Shown: positions 44,870-55,840, counted from the stretch's first letter. The stretch: DNA of 64,000 bases from Minisyncoccia bacterium (GCA_041738755.1 JBGSPE010000005.1:207872-271871); one strand, 5' to 3'. Notes: generated by a model from the sequence alone, not told the origin. Made by a program: numbers and translations.

Positions 44870-46153
44870 CTAGACCAATCCAAGAATTGCCTTGGTTTTT
44901 TGTTTATAGAGCTCTACGTTTGGTTGATCAAACGCATTCACTTCCATGAGGGCCGCAACATACATCACCTCACGCATCCGCATAGCCATAAAGAGTCCGA
45001 GAGAATAGGCCATTTCTTCAGTGAATATGGTTGTTCGATACGGTAAATTTTGATCTTGGTAGGCACCCATCACTCCGCCGTAGATGGCAGTCGCTACTTC
45101 AAGAGCAGTAAAGCGTGCAAAGTCCTTGCTGAGTCCTGACTTTGGAATCGGCATGTCACTCTCGTCATCATCAAACGTCACAAAGTCGGTGTAGACACCT
45201 TTAGAACCGCTCAGGTACAATTGTCCAATGGAATGAAGCTCAACGGCTGTACTAATAGTCGGAAGCATGCCTTTGGTCACTGGCTGCTTTTTTATATCAG
45301 TACGCTTTCCTAAGCTTTCTGCAAACAATTGTCGGTACCAGCCACCGAGGGTGGCGAGGCGAGTTTCAAAGGCAAAGAAATTATAATGCACATAGCCTTT
45401 TGCAATGTACTGATATAGTCGAGCGGCGTTGGCAGCGGTGATATCTTCAAGATCCGTTTCATTTGCATCTAAGAGACCACTCATAAAACTGTCTACGTCG
45501 TGTCCAAGGAGAGCTAAGGGCACAAGCGAAGCTTCAGTACCAATGGAGTATCGCCCACCGACAATCACTGGCATCGGTACAAACAAAGCCTTCCATCGCT
45601 TTGCAGTAGTCTGCAGAATAGTTTTTGGATTACCAATCAGGATTGTTTGCTGGTAAACAGCTTCCCCGTACTGTTTCGTAAGTTCTTGCATCAACATACC
45701 AGCATTTACGAGCACCTCACCTGTTCCACCAGACTTACTAACAATACACACAGCGATATCTTTGACTGATTTGACTGATTTCAAGGTAGAGAGCAGCTTC
45801 TTTAATTGATGCGGCGAGATAGTATCAACCACAGTCAGGGTTTTGGTGCTTGGAAGCACTGCATGAACTGCCTCAACCCCCAAGCTTGATCCGCCAATGC
45901 CAACCAGAATCACGTGTTTTACTTTTGCATATTGTTTTTGCAAATCACCCAACAACGCTTGTAGTTCGGGGTCTTTAGCGTGCACCAAAGAATATTCTGG
46001 TCGCTTCGTATTACCCGTCTCAACCACCTTCGTAACTTCACTTCGATACGTCGCAAGTGTTTTAACGTGCTTTTTAAGAGCGGTTTCGGTAATGATGTCA
46101 GTGTCTGAGTATGAAAATTGCATATTAGTATTGTTTTGTTTTACTGGTATCAA
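44870..46153 (-). CDS. pgi: glucose-6-phosphate isomerase (short bacterial/archaeal type)
   Basis: VILVGIGGSSLG and the SIS domains. The start may be the internal Met 10 codons in. Confidence 0.8.
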   Translation of the reverse strand: MIPVKQNNTNMQFSYSDTDIITETALKKHVKTLATYRSEVTKVVETGNTKRPEYSLVHAKDPELQALLGDLQKQYAKVKHVILVGIGGSSLGVEAVHAVLPSTKTLTVVDTISPHQLKKLLSTLKSVKSVKDIAVCIVSKSGGTGEVLVNAGMLMQELTKQYGEAVYQQTILIGNPKTILQTTAKRWKALFVPMPVIVGGRYSIGTEASLVPLALLGHDVDSFMSGLLDANETDLEDITAANAARLYQYIAKGYVHYNFFAFETRLATLGGWYRQLFAESLGKRTDIKKQPVTKGMLPTISTAVELHSIGQLYLSGSKGVYTDFVTFDDDESDMPIPKSGLSKDFARFTALEVATAIYGGVMGAYQDQNLPYRTTIFTEEMAYSLGLFMAMRMREVMYVAALMEVNAFDQPNVELYKQKTKAILGLV

Positions 46154-46874
46154 CGTGTTTGATGATGTACTTGTATGCTTCTTCGACTGAGTCTACGACC
46201 TGGAACAAGGCCAAATCTTCAGGACTAATCGTGCCATATTTCTTTAACATATCTTGCTCGAAGAAACGCAACAGTGGTTCCCAGAACTCACGTCCGTATA
46301 GGAGAATTGGCAACTGTTCGATTTTTCTAGTTTGAATGAGTGTCACAATCTCAAAAAATTCATCTAAGGTCCCGAATCCTCCCGGAAAGTAGACATACAC
46401 CTCAGATGCAAAGGTCAACATCACCTTGCGAGAGAAGAAGAAGTCGAAGTTTAACGATTGAGTGGTATAGGGATTGAGCTTTTGTTCGAATGGAAGTTCA
46501 ATATTAAGTCCGATTGATTTCCCTCCCACCTTGAAAGCACCGACATTAGACGCTTCCATAATACCTGGTCCCCCACCTGAGATAATGGCAAAGCCCTTTT
46601 TAGCTAATTTAGCTGCCAATTCTTCGGCTGCCTTATAGTATTTGTTGTCGGGAGTAAGTCTCGCACTACCCCAGAAGGTGGCAGCTAGGCCATGTTCACG
46701 TAAAAGCTCAAAGCCCTGTACGAACTCCGCCATGATCCGAAAGACCCGCCACGATTGAATAGCATCACCGTCGACTCCTTTGGGGTTTAAGAGTTCGGCA
46801 TCAAGGCGGCACACATATGGGGTGGAGTTAATAGTAAATTTCTTCTTAGTGTTTTTTTTCGGTAACATGCTCAT
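46125..46874 (-). CDS. LOG-family (TIGR00730) Rossmann-fold nucleotide-binding protein
   Basis: GGGPGIMEA motif. Confidence 0.75.
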   Translation of the reverse strand: MSMLPKKNTKKKFTINSTPYVCRLDAELLNPKGVDGDAIQSWRVFRIMAEFVQGFELLREHGLAATFWGSARLTPDNKYYKAAEELAAKLAKKGFAIISGGGPGIMEASNVGAFKVGGKSIGLNIELPFEQKLNPYTTQSLNFDFFFSRKVMLTFASEVYVYFPGGFGTLDEFFEIVTLIQTRKIEQLPILLYGREFWEPLLRFFEQDMLKKYGTISPEDLALFQVVDSVEEAYKYIIKHVDTSKTKQY

Positions 46875-46930
46875 ATTGTATCACCACCGCGCTAAGGTGA
46901 CGCAGCATTGTCCGCAGTCAAAACAGTCAT

Positions 46931-47521
46931 TTACCACGGGACTGGTAGGTGCTCAAACTCTGGAAGTAGCTGCTTTCCGTAAAGCAAACGGGAAATAACT
47001 TCAGCGTGACAGAGTGCGCCAGTCAAAGCGTTGTGTGGATCTGGTTCATCTGGAATTCCGCAATAGTTGAGTACTGCGTCGAGATTCAAGGCACTCCGCC
47101 TGTGTTCAATATCAAGTGGTGGTGTAAGTCCTCGCTTCACCATATGCATCCAACACAGGCTATGGCTATCAATAGTCCGGTAGGCTAAGTTCCAATTAAC
47201 CCCTGCTCGCTCAGCGGCGGCCCTTGTCATATCACGGTCAAAAGACACATTTTGTCCTGCTAGCGTTCGGTCAGATAAGCCTTCGCTCCACGCTAAAAAT
47301 TCGGCGATCAATTCCCCTTCCATTGGCTTTGTAGCGTCAGTTATCTGCTCCATGGTGTAGCCATTGACCCTGAGGGCCCCATCCATGACATGGGATCCAT
47401 CCCAGATCTGACATTCACCATAAAAGCGATTTTCAGGATTATTAAAATCTAACGCTCCAATAGATACAATTGAATGCTTTTCATAATTAGTCCCGGAGGC
47501 TTCAATATCAAGAATTAACAT
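46931..47521 (-). CDS. DEDDh 3'-5' exonuclease (second copy in window)
   Basis: ILDIEASG (Exo I); H..L.DA (HNALTGAL, Exo III). Confidence 0.65.
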   Translation of the reverse strand: MLILDIEASGTNYEKHSIVSIGALDFNNPENRFYGECQIWDGSHVMDGALRVNGYTMEQITDATKPMEGELIAEFLAWSEGLSDRTLAGQNVSFDRDMTRAAAERAGVNWNLAYRTIDSHSLCWMHMVKRGLTPPLDIEHRRSALNLDAVLNYCGIPDEPDPHNALTGALCHAEVISRLLYGKQLLPEFEHLPVPW

Positions 47522-47621
47522 ATATTTTATATATAGAGTATACCAAAATATCCCCCACCTTTACTAATACACACCACGTTGCTATATTTCAAAAAGCTTG
47601 AACCTTCGCAGGAGATAACCA

Positions 47622-48290
47622 ATGCCCAGAAACTCTATTACATCACGCGATAAGCTGGAAGAAAAAATTAGAGAAATCTTTGCCCAAAGACCTCTTTCCG
47701 AAGACCGCATCAGGTTTATTCTTGATTCATATTCAGAACCCTGGCGGTACTACCATAATTGCGACCATATTCTTCTAGCGCTTAAGCTTGTGGAGCAGGT
47801 TCAGCCGCCGGTAAGTGCCTTGTATAAACACGCTCTTCAAATCATGATTATTTATCATGATGTGGTGTATAAACTTGGTCGTGAGAAAGGGTGGGATGAA
47901 CGCGAAAGCGGGGTGATAGCTGGAAAGCACCTGAGTTCTGCCGGATATGACCCTGAGTTTGTCGGGCTCGTTGTAGTTGGTATTGAATGCACTATCGACC
48001 ATGCAGTACCGGAATTATTATCAAACTGGGCTCCGTACATTGAACCGCTCTTGGATGTCGATTTGCTGGCCGGTTTTGGCACAAGCTGGGAAGAATTCTC
48101 AGAACGGACTCGATTGATTGGTCTGGAATACTCCCCTCTTTATACAATGGAAGAATACCAGACAGGTCGTGTAAAGTTTGCTAAAACATTTTTGGAAAGA
48201 GCAAAAATCTTCCACGACCGACGCTTGCAAGAATATGAGATTCTAGCGAGAGAAAATCTGCAGCGAACAATTTCATCGTTCTCCCGATAA
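47622..48290 (+). CDS. HD-domain protein
   Basis: YHNCDH...YHDVVY. Confidence 0.5.
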   Translation: MPRNSITSRDKLEEKIREIFAQRPLSEDRIRFILDSYSEPWRYYHNCDHILLALKLVEQVQPPVSALYKHALQIMIIYHDVVYKLGREKGWDERESGVIAGKHLSSAGYDPEFVGLVVVGIECTIDHAVPELLSNWAPYIEPLLDVDLLAGFGTSWEEFSERTRLIGLEYSPLYTMEEYQTGRVKFAKTFLERAKIFHDRRLQEYEILARENLQRTISSFSR

Positions 48291-48355
48291 CTAACGACGA
48301 CGACTGCACGCGAAGCCAATGGCTTCGCGTGCTTTTCTTATCAAACTAGCCAAGA

Positions 48356-48763
48356 CTAGAATTTACAATTGGTGGCGGGGGTGTAGCCCGCCGCTTCTGC
48401 TTCAACGATTGATGTAAATGAGATGAGGTTATCTGGTTTGATCTGCTTGGCCCCTGGGCAGGTCGGCAAGTGGTACTTGGTGCCTGATTTTGAGGCGACC
48501 ACTGCCCCACCTCCGGGTACGACCGTGCCGTCCGCTTCAAGACCTTGTGATACTCCAGTAACGGCTTCAATTGGTGCTGCAGCCTGGTTATTGGGGATAA
48601 TAGCCGGGTATTCGGCAATAACCGCCCCTATCGGAGCAGCCACTTGCCCTACCCTACCCACCGACTGCCGACCAAGGCCAAATGAGGCCACCGCAACAAG
48701 GACTAATAAAAGGCTATAAAAAACGACATCGTTGGCTAAGAGGGACTTGAGTTTTTCGAACAT
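48356..48763 (-). CDS. hypothetical signal-anchored protein with C-terminal YHxPxC..GYxP..C motif
   Basis: Truncated from the track's 48356..49045, because the longer form overlaps rpmA. Starts at MFEKLK... Confidence 0.45.
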   Translation of the reverse strand: MFEKLKSLLANDVVFYSLLLVLVAVASFGLGRQSVGRVGQVAAPIGAVIAEYPAIIPNNQAAAPIEAVTGVSQGLEADGTVVPGGGAVVASKSGTKYHLPTCPGAKQIKPDNLISFTSIVEAEAAGYTPATNCKF

Positions 48764-48812
48764 ATAACGTATACTCGCAGGCGTTAATTTGTAACCATTA
48801 TACCTTAATCTT

Positions 48813-49100
48813 ATGGCAACTAAAAAAGCTGGCGGTACCGCTAAAAACCTGCGCGATTCGCAACCAAAGTACTTGGGTGTGAAGCGCGCGGACGGACAAA
48901 AAGTGAAGACTGGCGAGATCATCGTACGACAACGTGGTACGAAGATTGAAGCTGGAAAAGGCGTGAAGGTTGGAAAAGACCACACCCTGTTTGCCATGGT
49001 TGATGGTGTGGTTTCTTTCCGAGATATGCGAAAGATCCGTTTCAACGGTAAAAAAGTAAATAAGAAAGCTGTTGATGTAGTAGCTCCAGCTACTGCGTAA
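48813..49100 (+). CDS. rpmA: ribosomal protein L27
   Basis: [38 protein letters not shown].. Confidence 0.93.
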   Translation: MATKKAGGTAKNLRDSQPKYLGVKRADGQKVKTGEIIVRQRGTKIEAGKGVKVGKDHTLFAMVDGVVSFRDMRKIRFNGKKVNKKAVDVVAPATA

Positions 49101-49114
49101 GCAAGCTCTTATGT

Positions 49115-49146
49115 AAAAAAGCCGCTCCCTCGGGAGCGGCTTTTTT
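49115..49146. terminator. bidirectional terminator AAAAAAGCCGCTCCC-tc-GGGAGCGGCTTTTTT
   Basis: A perfect stem with an A tract and a T tract. Confidence 0.85.
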
Positions 49147-49163
49147 GATTTATTACTTCGTGT

Positions 49164-49880
49164 TTACGGTCGGCGAATGGTAGCGGTTTCAATCACGATA
49201 TCCTCAAGTGGAAGATTGGCGGGATTAGTTTCTACCTGAGCAATCGCATCAACGATATCCATTCCCACTACCACCTGTCCAAATACTGGATGCTTTGATG
49301 AAAGCGGTTGTTTATCAAAGTCGAGATTTACGTTATCAACCAAGTTGATAAAGAATTGGCTACCACCACTGTTTGGACCACTATTCGCCATTGAGATAGT
49401 ACCTCGTACATTTGAGAGCTTTGCTCCAGCAATATGTTCATCCGGGATACTGTAGCCAGGACCGCCGGTTCCATAACTTAGTACGTTATCAGTCTTGGTG
49501 TTTGGATCTCCTCCCTGAATCATAAAGCCATCAATCACTCGATGGAACTTGATACCGTTATAAAATCCCTCATCTACCAACTTAGCAAAGTTACCAGCAG
49601 TAATTGGCATTACATCTTCATAAAGCTCAATTTCAATCGTTCCTCGGTTCGTCTCTAGTACAGCAATCGGATTCATATTATTTGTTATTTCTACGTCATA
49701 GGCGGCTAATTGTTCGGGCACCAGCGGAGCCGGAAGTACCTCTTCCTCATCTTCTGTACTGGTGAGCTCAACTTCTGGTGCGGGGTCCCCTACCCACAAT
49801 GAAATACCTGTAATCAACACTGCACAAATCCCAAAGATGATAAGAAGCGGCAGAGATTTTTTTAATAGTTCTTGTGACAT
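49164..49880 (-). CDS. cyclophilin-type peptidyl-prolyl isomerase, membrane-anchored
   Basis: N-terminal TM, then ...FHRVIDGFMIQGGDP...SMANSGPNSGGSQFFI. Confidence 0.9.
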   Translation of the reverse strand: MSQELLKKSLPLLIIFGICAVLITGISLWVGDPAPEVELTSTEDEEEVLPAPLVPEQLAAYDVEITNNMNPIAVLETNRGTIEIELYEDVMPITAGNFAKLVDEGFYNGIKFHRVIDGFMIQGGDPNTKTDNVLSYGTGGPGYSIPDEHIAGAKLSNVRGTISMANSGPNSGGSQFFINLVDNVNLDFDKQPLSSKHPVFGQVVVGMDIVDAIAQVETNPANLPLEDIVIETATIRRP

Positions 49881-49897
49881 ATCGCAATAAACAGTTA

Positions 49898-50338
49898 CTA
49901 CTTCTTAATAATTTCAATCGTTACCTTAGCTTCACTTTGGCCATGTTTTAACATGATTTCATGTTCTCCCAGTGATTTTATAGGAGTTTCAAAATGAACC
50001 AGTTTTGTATCAAGGGTTACTCCCTTAGATGCCGCAACAGCTACCAAGTCTTTCTCACTGACTGCCTTGAAAAGGTGTGACTGTTCATTGGCATCGGCTG
50101 CAATTTGTAATGGATTTGATCGCAATGTGGTTACAAGGTCATTAAACTTTTGCATCGCCGCCGCATCACTTGAGGCGTTATCTGCATGAAGCTTATTGAT
50201 TCGCTTAAGATTTTCTGGAGTGGCTGGTTGTGCCATTTTTTTTGGAATCAATTGATTTTGAGCGTACCCATCTGGTACCTCAACAATACTAAAACGACGT
50301 CCAATTTTAGCAACATCTTGAAGAAGGATAATTTTCAT
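49898..50338 (-). CDS. rplI: ribosomal protein L9
   Basis: MKIILLQDVAKIGRRFSIVEVPDGYAQNQLIP. Confidence 0.88.
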   Translation of the reverse strand: MKIILLQDVAKIGRRFSIVEVPDGYAQNQLIPKKMAQPATPENLKRINKLHADNASSDAAAMQKFNDLVTTLRSNPLQIAADANEQSHLFKAVSEKDLVAVAASKGVTLDTKLVHFETPIKSLGEHEIMLKHGQSEAKVTIEIIKK

Positions 50339-50418
50339 ACGTTCATTTACTTACTAATACCCCATCAAGGGCTTTTTGTGACGACATAATAGCAAATTTG
50401 ACTCAGGGTCACTACTTA

Positions 50419-51732
50419 CTACTGTCCTGGCTCTGTGGTAGTATCTTCGCTCGCAACTGTCTCACCTCTCAAAAACCGTAACGCTGCCTCTCTCTGTGGA
50501 TCTTCGTCAGCCATCCGCTGCGTTGGGGTCCGTTCAATCAGAATATCTGGCGCTAGTCCACCGTCTGAAATCGAAACACCATTAGGGGTAAACCACCGAG
50601 CTACTGTCACTTTAAGCGAAGAACCATCATCAAGCTCTACCAACTCTTGAACAGAACCTTTTCCGAAGGTAGCACTACCAATTATAGTAGCAACGCCATG
50701 GTCCTTGAGCGCACCAGCTAAAATCTCTGAAGCTGAGGCTGAACCATTATCTACCAAAACCACTAAGTTTTCTTTCGTAAATTCTCGGACTTGACGGTTG
50801 TTGGTGCGGAAGATTTTTTCTTCTTCAATACCTCCAGACTGTTCCCGCACAACCACTTTGCCACTAGGCAGGAAGTAACTCGCAATCGCAACCGCACTTT
50901 GTAAATATCCACCCGGGTTACCTCGTACATCAAGAACTAATTTTTCACTATTACTAGAAGAAAACTCTTGTAGTGCATCGCGAACTTTTGCTTCGGAAAG
51001 TGCGTTGAAGCTATAAAGTGAAATGATAAAGGTGTCACCAACTTGTTCAGTTTTGACGGTTGGGATATCGATATTATCTCTCGTGACAGTTATCGTCAGG
51101 AAATCAAGTTGTCCTTCTCGAAAAATAGTGAACGTAACCTGAGTCCCCTTTTCGCCACGAATTAATCGAACCGCTTCATCAATTCCCATGTTTTCGGTTG
51201 AGGTCTCATTGATTTTTGTAATCACGTCGCCGGCCAATAGTCCTGCTTTATCAGCTGGTGTGTCTGGGAGGGGTGCAATAATAGTTACAAGGCCCTCTCG
51301 TAAACCAACCTCCATTCCAACACCGCTGAAGTTACCAGAGATATCCTCCTCAAACTGAGCTGCATCTACTGGTGGCAGGAATACGGTATAGGGATCACCA
51401 TAAGAATTAACGAGACCAGAAATTGCTCCTTGAATCCGCTCCTCAACACTAACTTGCTCAGTGGAGCTCGCGGTACTGTACTTTTCTTCAAGGAGTCCCC
51501 ACACCTTCCAAAACTCAGTCAAATCAGGTTCGGTTGAATCATTTGCTGAAGCTGGTAGTAAAAAGCTAAGGATATTGGCCTTTTGATCCGCCAAGGTTCC
51601 ATAGTGACCAAGCTGAAGGCCTGAAAAGAACGCTCCAGCAGCAAAAAGAAAAGCTAGTGTATATCCGAGGAATTTTCGCTCACCTTTGGGTGATTTCATA
51701 ACTACAGGTTCTTGATGTAATAACATTCTCAT
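50419..51732 (-). CDS. carboxyl-terminal processing protease (S41, CtpA-like)
   Basis: PDZ (PADKAGLLAGDVITKIN) and the S41 core (GNPGGYLQSAV). Confidence 0.85.
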   Translation of the reverse strand: MRMLLHQEPVVMKSPKGERKFLGYTLAFLFAAGAFFSGLQLGHYGTLADQKANILSFLLPASANDSTEPDLTEFWKVWGLLEEKYSTASSTEQVSVEERIQGAISGLVNSYGDPYTVFLPPVDAAQFEEDISGNFSGVGMEVGLREGLVTIIAPLPDTPADKAGLLAGDVITKINETSTENMGIDEAVRLIRGEKGTQVTFTIFREGQLDFLTITVTRDNIDIPTVKTEQVGDTFIISLYSFNALSEAKVRDALQEFSSSNSEKLVLDVRGNPGGYLQSAVAIASYFLPSGKVVVREQSGGIEEEKIFRTNNRQVREFTKENLVVLVDNGSASASEILAGALKDHGVATIIGSATFGKGSVQELVELDDGSSLKVTVARWFTPNGVSISDGGLAPDILIERTPTQRMADEDPQREAALRFLRGETVASEDTTTEPGQ

Positions 51733-51803
51733 ATTATCGCATAAAGTCTCTGCAAGACCAAAATGGTTTCGTGGGAGGAAAGAATTTGCTACACTAGCAC
51801 ATA

Positions 51804-53258
51804 ATGTTGTCTTCCTTCTTTAAACAAAAAAGTCCGGTAATCCTCCGTGATGTGCTCATTTTTAATACTGAAAGTGGTACGTTAGAAGCGTTCAAACCAC
51901 TTGAAGGCAATCGTGTACTTTTATATAGCTGTGGCCCAACAGTCTATGACTTCGCGCACATTGGGAATCTTCGATCGTATATCTTTGCTGATATCTTAAA
52001 GCGCGCCCTCGTTCGCAATGGCTACCTGGTTAAACACACCATCAATCTCACTGACTTTGGTCACCTGACTGACGACGGAGATGCTGGTGAAGACAAAATG
52101 TTGAAAGGCTTAGCTCGGGAAGGTCTCCCTCATACGCTTGAAGCGATGCGTCAACTTTCTGATATCTACATCAAAGCATTTCTAGATGATACTGATGAGT
52201 TGCGAATTTTACCGCCGACCACCTGGGCGCGGGCAAGTGATTACATTGCCAAACAAATCAGCTTGGTAAAAACCCTTTCAGAAAAGGGGTATACCTACGA
52301 AACAAGTGACGGAGTTTATTTTGATATCACCAAATTCCCCCGCTACGGTGTGCTCGGCAAAATAGATGTAGCTGCCTTAAAGAGTGGAGCTCGAGTTGAA
52401 GTAAATCAAGAAAAACATCACCCAGCTGACTTTGCTGTCTGGAAGAAAGGCGCTCTCGGTTGGCCAAGTCGTTTTGGAACCGGGTTCCCTGGTTGGCACA
52501 TTGAATGTTCAGCGATGGCGATGGCAACGCTCGGCAAGCAGATAGATATTCACACCGGTGGAATCGATCACATCTCTGTTCATCACAATGCTGAAATTGC
52601 TCAAAGTGAAGCAGTGACCGGTAAACCGTTTGTAAAATATTGGATGCATAATGCATTTATCACGATTGATAATGCCAAGATTGCCAAATCTATTGGGAAC
52701 ACCATTACCTTACGACATCTTCGAGATCGAGGCTTTACCGGTGATGATTATCGTTACTGGCTCCTGACAGCACACTACCGATCACCAATAAACTTCTCCT
52801 GGGAAGCTCTCAAGGGGGCCAAACAAGCGCTTTTCAGACTAAAACGCTACGTGTACGAGGAGTTTAAACAACAGGCTTCCATCCCCCACCCTGGCTATAT
52901 GGAACGGTTCGATGAACTGGTTGCCAACGACTTAGACACTCCAGCCGCCATTGCACTCTTGTGGGATATGTTGAAAGACAGTGAGCTCGACAACAAAACA
53001 AAGTGCGCCACCGTGATGGCCATGGATGACGTGCTCGATATTGGGCTCTCTGACTCACTAGCTGACGGAGTGCGCGCGCTTGGGATTGTGGGTGCAAATG
53101 ACGTTACTGAAGAAATCCAAGTGCTCCTTGATCAACGTGAAGCAGCCCGTATTGCTCAAAACTGGACAGAGGCCGATCGCTTGCGGCAAGCAATTGCCTT
53201 AAAAGGTTTTTCTATAGAAGATACTCCCTTGGGACCAAAACTATCAAAGGTACAGTAA
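51804..53258 (+). CDS. cysS: cysteinyl-tRNA synthetase
   Basis: CGPTVYDFAHIGN (HIGH) and KIAKSIGN (KMSKS-like). Confidence 0.92.
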   Translation: MLSSFFKQKSPVILRDVLIFNTESGTLEAFKPLEGNRVLLYSCGPTVYDFAHIGNLRSYIFADILKRALVRNGYLVKHTINLTDFGHLTDDGDAGEDKMLKGLAREGLPHTLEAMRQLSDIYIKAFLDDTDELRILPPTTWARASDYIAKQISLVKTLSEKGYTYETSDGVYFDITKFPRYGVLGKIDVAALKSGARVEVNQEKHHPADFAVWKKGALGWPSRFGTGFPGWHIECSAMAMATLGKQIDIHTGGIDHISVHHNAEIAQSEAVTGKPFVKYWMHNAFITIDNAKIAKSIGNTITLRHLRDRGFTGDDYRYWLLTAHYRSPINFSWEALKGAKQALFRLKRYVYEEFKQQASIPHPGYMERFDELVANDLDTPAAIALLWDMLKDSELDNKTKCATVMAMDDVLDIGLSDSLADGVRALGIVGANDVTEEIQVLLDQREAARIAQNWTEADRLRQAIALKGFSIEDTPLGPKLSKVQ

Positions 53259-53324
53259 TCCACTCTGTCCCCAGGCTGGAGTCAACAGTGACGATTCCTA
53301 TTCCGTGATAAACTGTCACCACCT

Positions 53325-54713
53325 ATGGCTGCGACAGAATATAACAAAAAACTACGTACTCCACCGCAAAACGTTGACGCCGAAAAAGCCCTTCTTGGTG
53401 CAATTATTTTAAAATCAGACGTGATGCACGATGTATCGGTGACTGTCTTCCCGGATAGTTTTTTTGCCGATAAACACCGAAATATTTTTGATGCACTCCA
53501 GCAGATTTTCTCCAAAGGCGACCCAATTGACCTCGTATCGGTCATCACCAAACTTCGTGACATGAACGCGCTTGAGCGGGTTGGTGGTGCTGCCTATATC
53601 ACAGAACTCATCGAGACAGTGCCGGCCGCTGGAAATGCGATGTACTACGCTGAACAGGTACTCAACAAGTCGACCCTTCGTAACCTCATCCACGCCGCAG
53701 ATGATATCGCTGAGATTGGATATTCTGACCCTGAAAGTGTAGATGAAGCGCTCGACCAAGCAGAAAAGAAAATCTTCCAGGCAACCCAAGCTCCTTCAGC
53801 TCAAAAATTCCGACCAATTGGTACAGCCCTCAAAGAAGCCTGGGAACGCTTTGAACACTTAAGCGAAAACCAAGACGTGCGTCGCGGCGTCCCCTCTGGC
53901 TTTACCGCTCTTGATAACCTCCTCTCTGGTTTCCAAAAATCAGACTTGATTATTTTAGCTGCTCGTCCATCCATGGGTAAGACGACCTTCGCACTTGATA
54001 TCGCCCGTAATGCCGCTCTGAAATACAACGCTTCTGTTGGTATTTTTTCACTTGAAATGAGTGACCAACAGCTGGTTGATCGTATGCTGGCAGCTGAGTC
54101 TGGTGTAGACTCATGGAAACTTCGAACGGGAAGGCTTTCAAACGATAGTGAATATGAGGCTTTGCAAGGAGCCATGACTAAGCTGCATAAGGCTCCGATT
54201 CACATTATCGATGAAGCGGCGATGAATATCGTAAAGATGCGTTCGGCAGCGCGTCGTCTCAAAAATGAGTATGGACTTGATATGTTGATTGTCGACTACC
54301 TTCAGCTTATGTCCCCTACCCTCACCAAAAATAGTGACTCGATGGTACAACAAGTGACTGAGATTTCCCGGTCACTCAAGATTCTCGCGCGTGAGCTCGA
54401 AGTACCTGTTATTGCTCTCTCACAGCTCTCTCGAGCTGTTGAACAGCGAGGTGGCAAGCCCCGCCTCTCTGACCTTCGTGACTCAGGTTCTATTGAGCAG
54501 GATGCTGACGTTGTAATGTTCATCCACCGTGAAGACAAGATGAACAAAGACAAGGAGCCAGAGCGACCAAACATTGCTGAAATTCTGGTTGAGAAGCACC
54601 GAAATGGTGCTGTTGGTTCAGCTGAACTGTACTTCGATGGTCAACATGTTCGCTTCCTTAATCTTGATACGCAGCATAGTGCGGCTGGAGGTGGCGGTGG
54701 TGATGACTTCTAG
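53325..54713 (+). CDS. dnaB: replicative DNA helicase DnaB (no intein)
   Basis: N-terminal DnaB domain; Walker A ARPSMGKTTFAL; RecA-like core. Confidence 0.93.
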   Translation: MAATEYNKKLRTPPQNVDAEKALLGAIILKSDVMHDVSVTVFPDSFFADKHRNIFDALQQIFSKGDPIDLVSVITKLRDMNALERVGGAAYITELIETVPAAGNAMYYAEQVLNKSTLRNLIHAADDIAEIGYSDPESVDEALDQAEKKIFQATQAPSAQKFRPIGTALKEAWERFEHLSENQDVRRGVPSGFTALDNLLSGFQKSDLIILAARPSMGKTTFALDIARNAALKYNASVGIFSLEMSDQQLVDRMLAAESGVDSWKLRTGRLSNDSEYEALQGAMTKLHKAPIHIIDEAAMNIVKMRSAARRLKNEYGLDMLIVDYLQLMSPTLTKNSDSMVQQVTEISRSLKILARELEVPVIALSQLSRAVEQRGGKPRLSDLRDSGSIEQDADVVMFIHREDKMNKDKEPERPNIAEILVEKHRNGAVGSAELYFDGQHVRFLNLDTQHSAAGGGGGDDF

Positions 54714-54749
54714 AAACTGTTGAAAACTATTTGGACAGATAGACCGAGT

Positions 54750-54870
54750 CTGTTATTATATGTGAGTGAGACGTCCCCAGGGGGACATCTTCACACAGTT
54801 CTTTCCGAGCTGGTTTCCAAGAAACCAGCTCACCCGCCCACAAAATGCTTCGTATTACCTTGGGGTACGA
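54750..54870 (+). other. tandem stable hairpins in dnaB-recR intergenic region
   Basis: GACGTCCCC-AG-GGGGACATC, and a perfect 11-bp stem GAGCTGGTTTC-caag-GAAACCAGCTC. Confidence 0.4.
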
Positions 54871-54934
54871 GGCATTTTTTTATTATGTACCCCGCACAGC
54901 ACGCTTTTTACATCAGTGATACAATACCCTGCAC

Positions 54935-55555
54935 ATGAGTGACTTAGACAAACTTATCACCCTCTTTGAAACCTTCCCTGGAATTGGTGGACGCCAAGCC
55001 AAGCGTTTTGCCTTTCACGTTCTGACCATGAATGAAAAGGATACCGAGGATTTATCTCGACTTATCAGTCGGATTAAATCCACGGTAGTTGAGTGTCAGA
55101 GCTGCCATCGCTTCTTTTCAACAACCCAGTCTGAAACCCTTTGCTCTATCTGTACCGCTAGTAAGCGCAATCACGCCCGGCTATTTGTCGTCGAACGTGA
55201 CACCGATATCCAGGCTATAGAACGCGCCGGAACCTACGATGGACTCTATTTTGTCCTTGGTGGCACCGTTCCTCTCCTCAATTCAACCGATACTGCCAAG
55301 CTCCGCGGAAGCCTCCTTAAAGCCACTGTAGAAACCCGCCTTAAAGATACTGATCCGCTTGAAGAAGTTATCCTAGGTTTCTCTATCAACCCTGATGGAG
55401 AAAATACCGCTCGCTTTGTTGAATCAATTTTGAATCCAGTCCTAGCCAATACCACAACCAAAATTACCCACCTCGGCCGCGGCCTCTCAACTGGTAGTGA
55501 GCTTGAGTACGCAGACGCTGAAACAATTAAAAACGCTCTCAGAAACAGAGCTTGA
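54935..55555 (+). CDS. recR: recombination protein RecR
   Basis: HhH (FPGIGGRQAKRFAFH), C4 zinc finger and Toprim. Confidence 0.92.
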   Translation: MSDLDKLITLFETFPGIGGRQAKRFAFHVLTMNEKDTEDLSRLISRIKSTVVECQSCHRFFSTTQSETLCSICTASKRNHARLFVVERDTDIQAIERAGTYDGLYFVLGGTVPLLNSTDTAKLRGSLLKATVETRLKDTDPLEEVILGFSINPDGENTARFVESILNPVLANTTTKITHLGRGLSTGSELEYADAETIKNALRNRA

Positions 55556-55602
55556 CGATTACCAAAAAAGTTATATCGTAAGGATAGAGAGGAGGCAGTC
55601 CA

Positions 55603-55821
55603 ATGGCTGACAAAGAGTTATTTATCAAAATACGTCACATTTTCAGACTCGAAGAGAAGTTGTCTGAGGCAGAAGCTCATGTCTACTATTCAGATCGACG
55701 TCTGGCCATGGCACGCGACACCGACCCGGTAACGTTTGCTTCGTGGGAAGAGCAAGTGAAAAATGTCGATATTTTTCCCGCCAGGGAAGAAACGAAAAGG
55801 CCCGCTAACATTTGCATGTAA
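55603..55821 (+). CDS. hypothetical small protein
   Basis: 72 aa; strong SD (GAGAGGAGG) upstream. Confidence 0.45.
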   Translation: MADKELFIKIRHIFRLEEKLSEAEAHVYYSDRRLAMARDTDPVTFASWEEQVKNVDIFPAREETKRPANICM

Positions 55822-55840
55822 GCGGGCCTTTAAATTTTTA
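55795..55840. terminator. bidirectional hairpin terminator GGCCCGCT...AGCGGGCC
   Basis: Overlaps the stops of both convergent genes. Confidence 0.6.

Noticed and set aside
48764-49045. 5' extension of the minus-strand ORF 48356..49045
   Set aside because: It would overlap the well-supported rpmA (L27) gene on the other strand. An internal Met at 48763 gives a sensible signal-anchor start.
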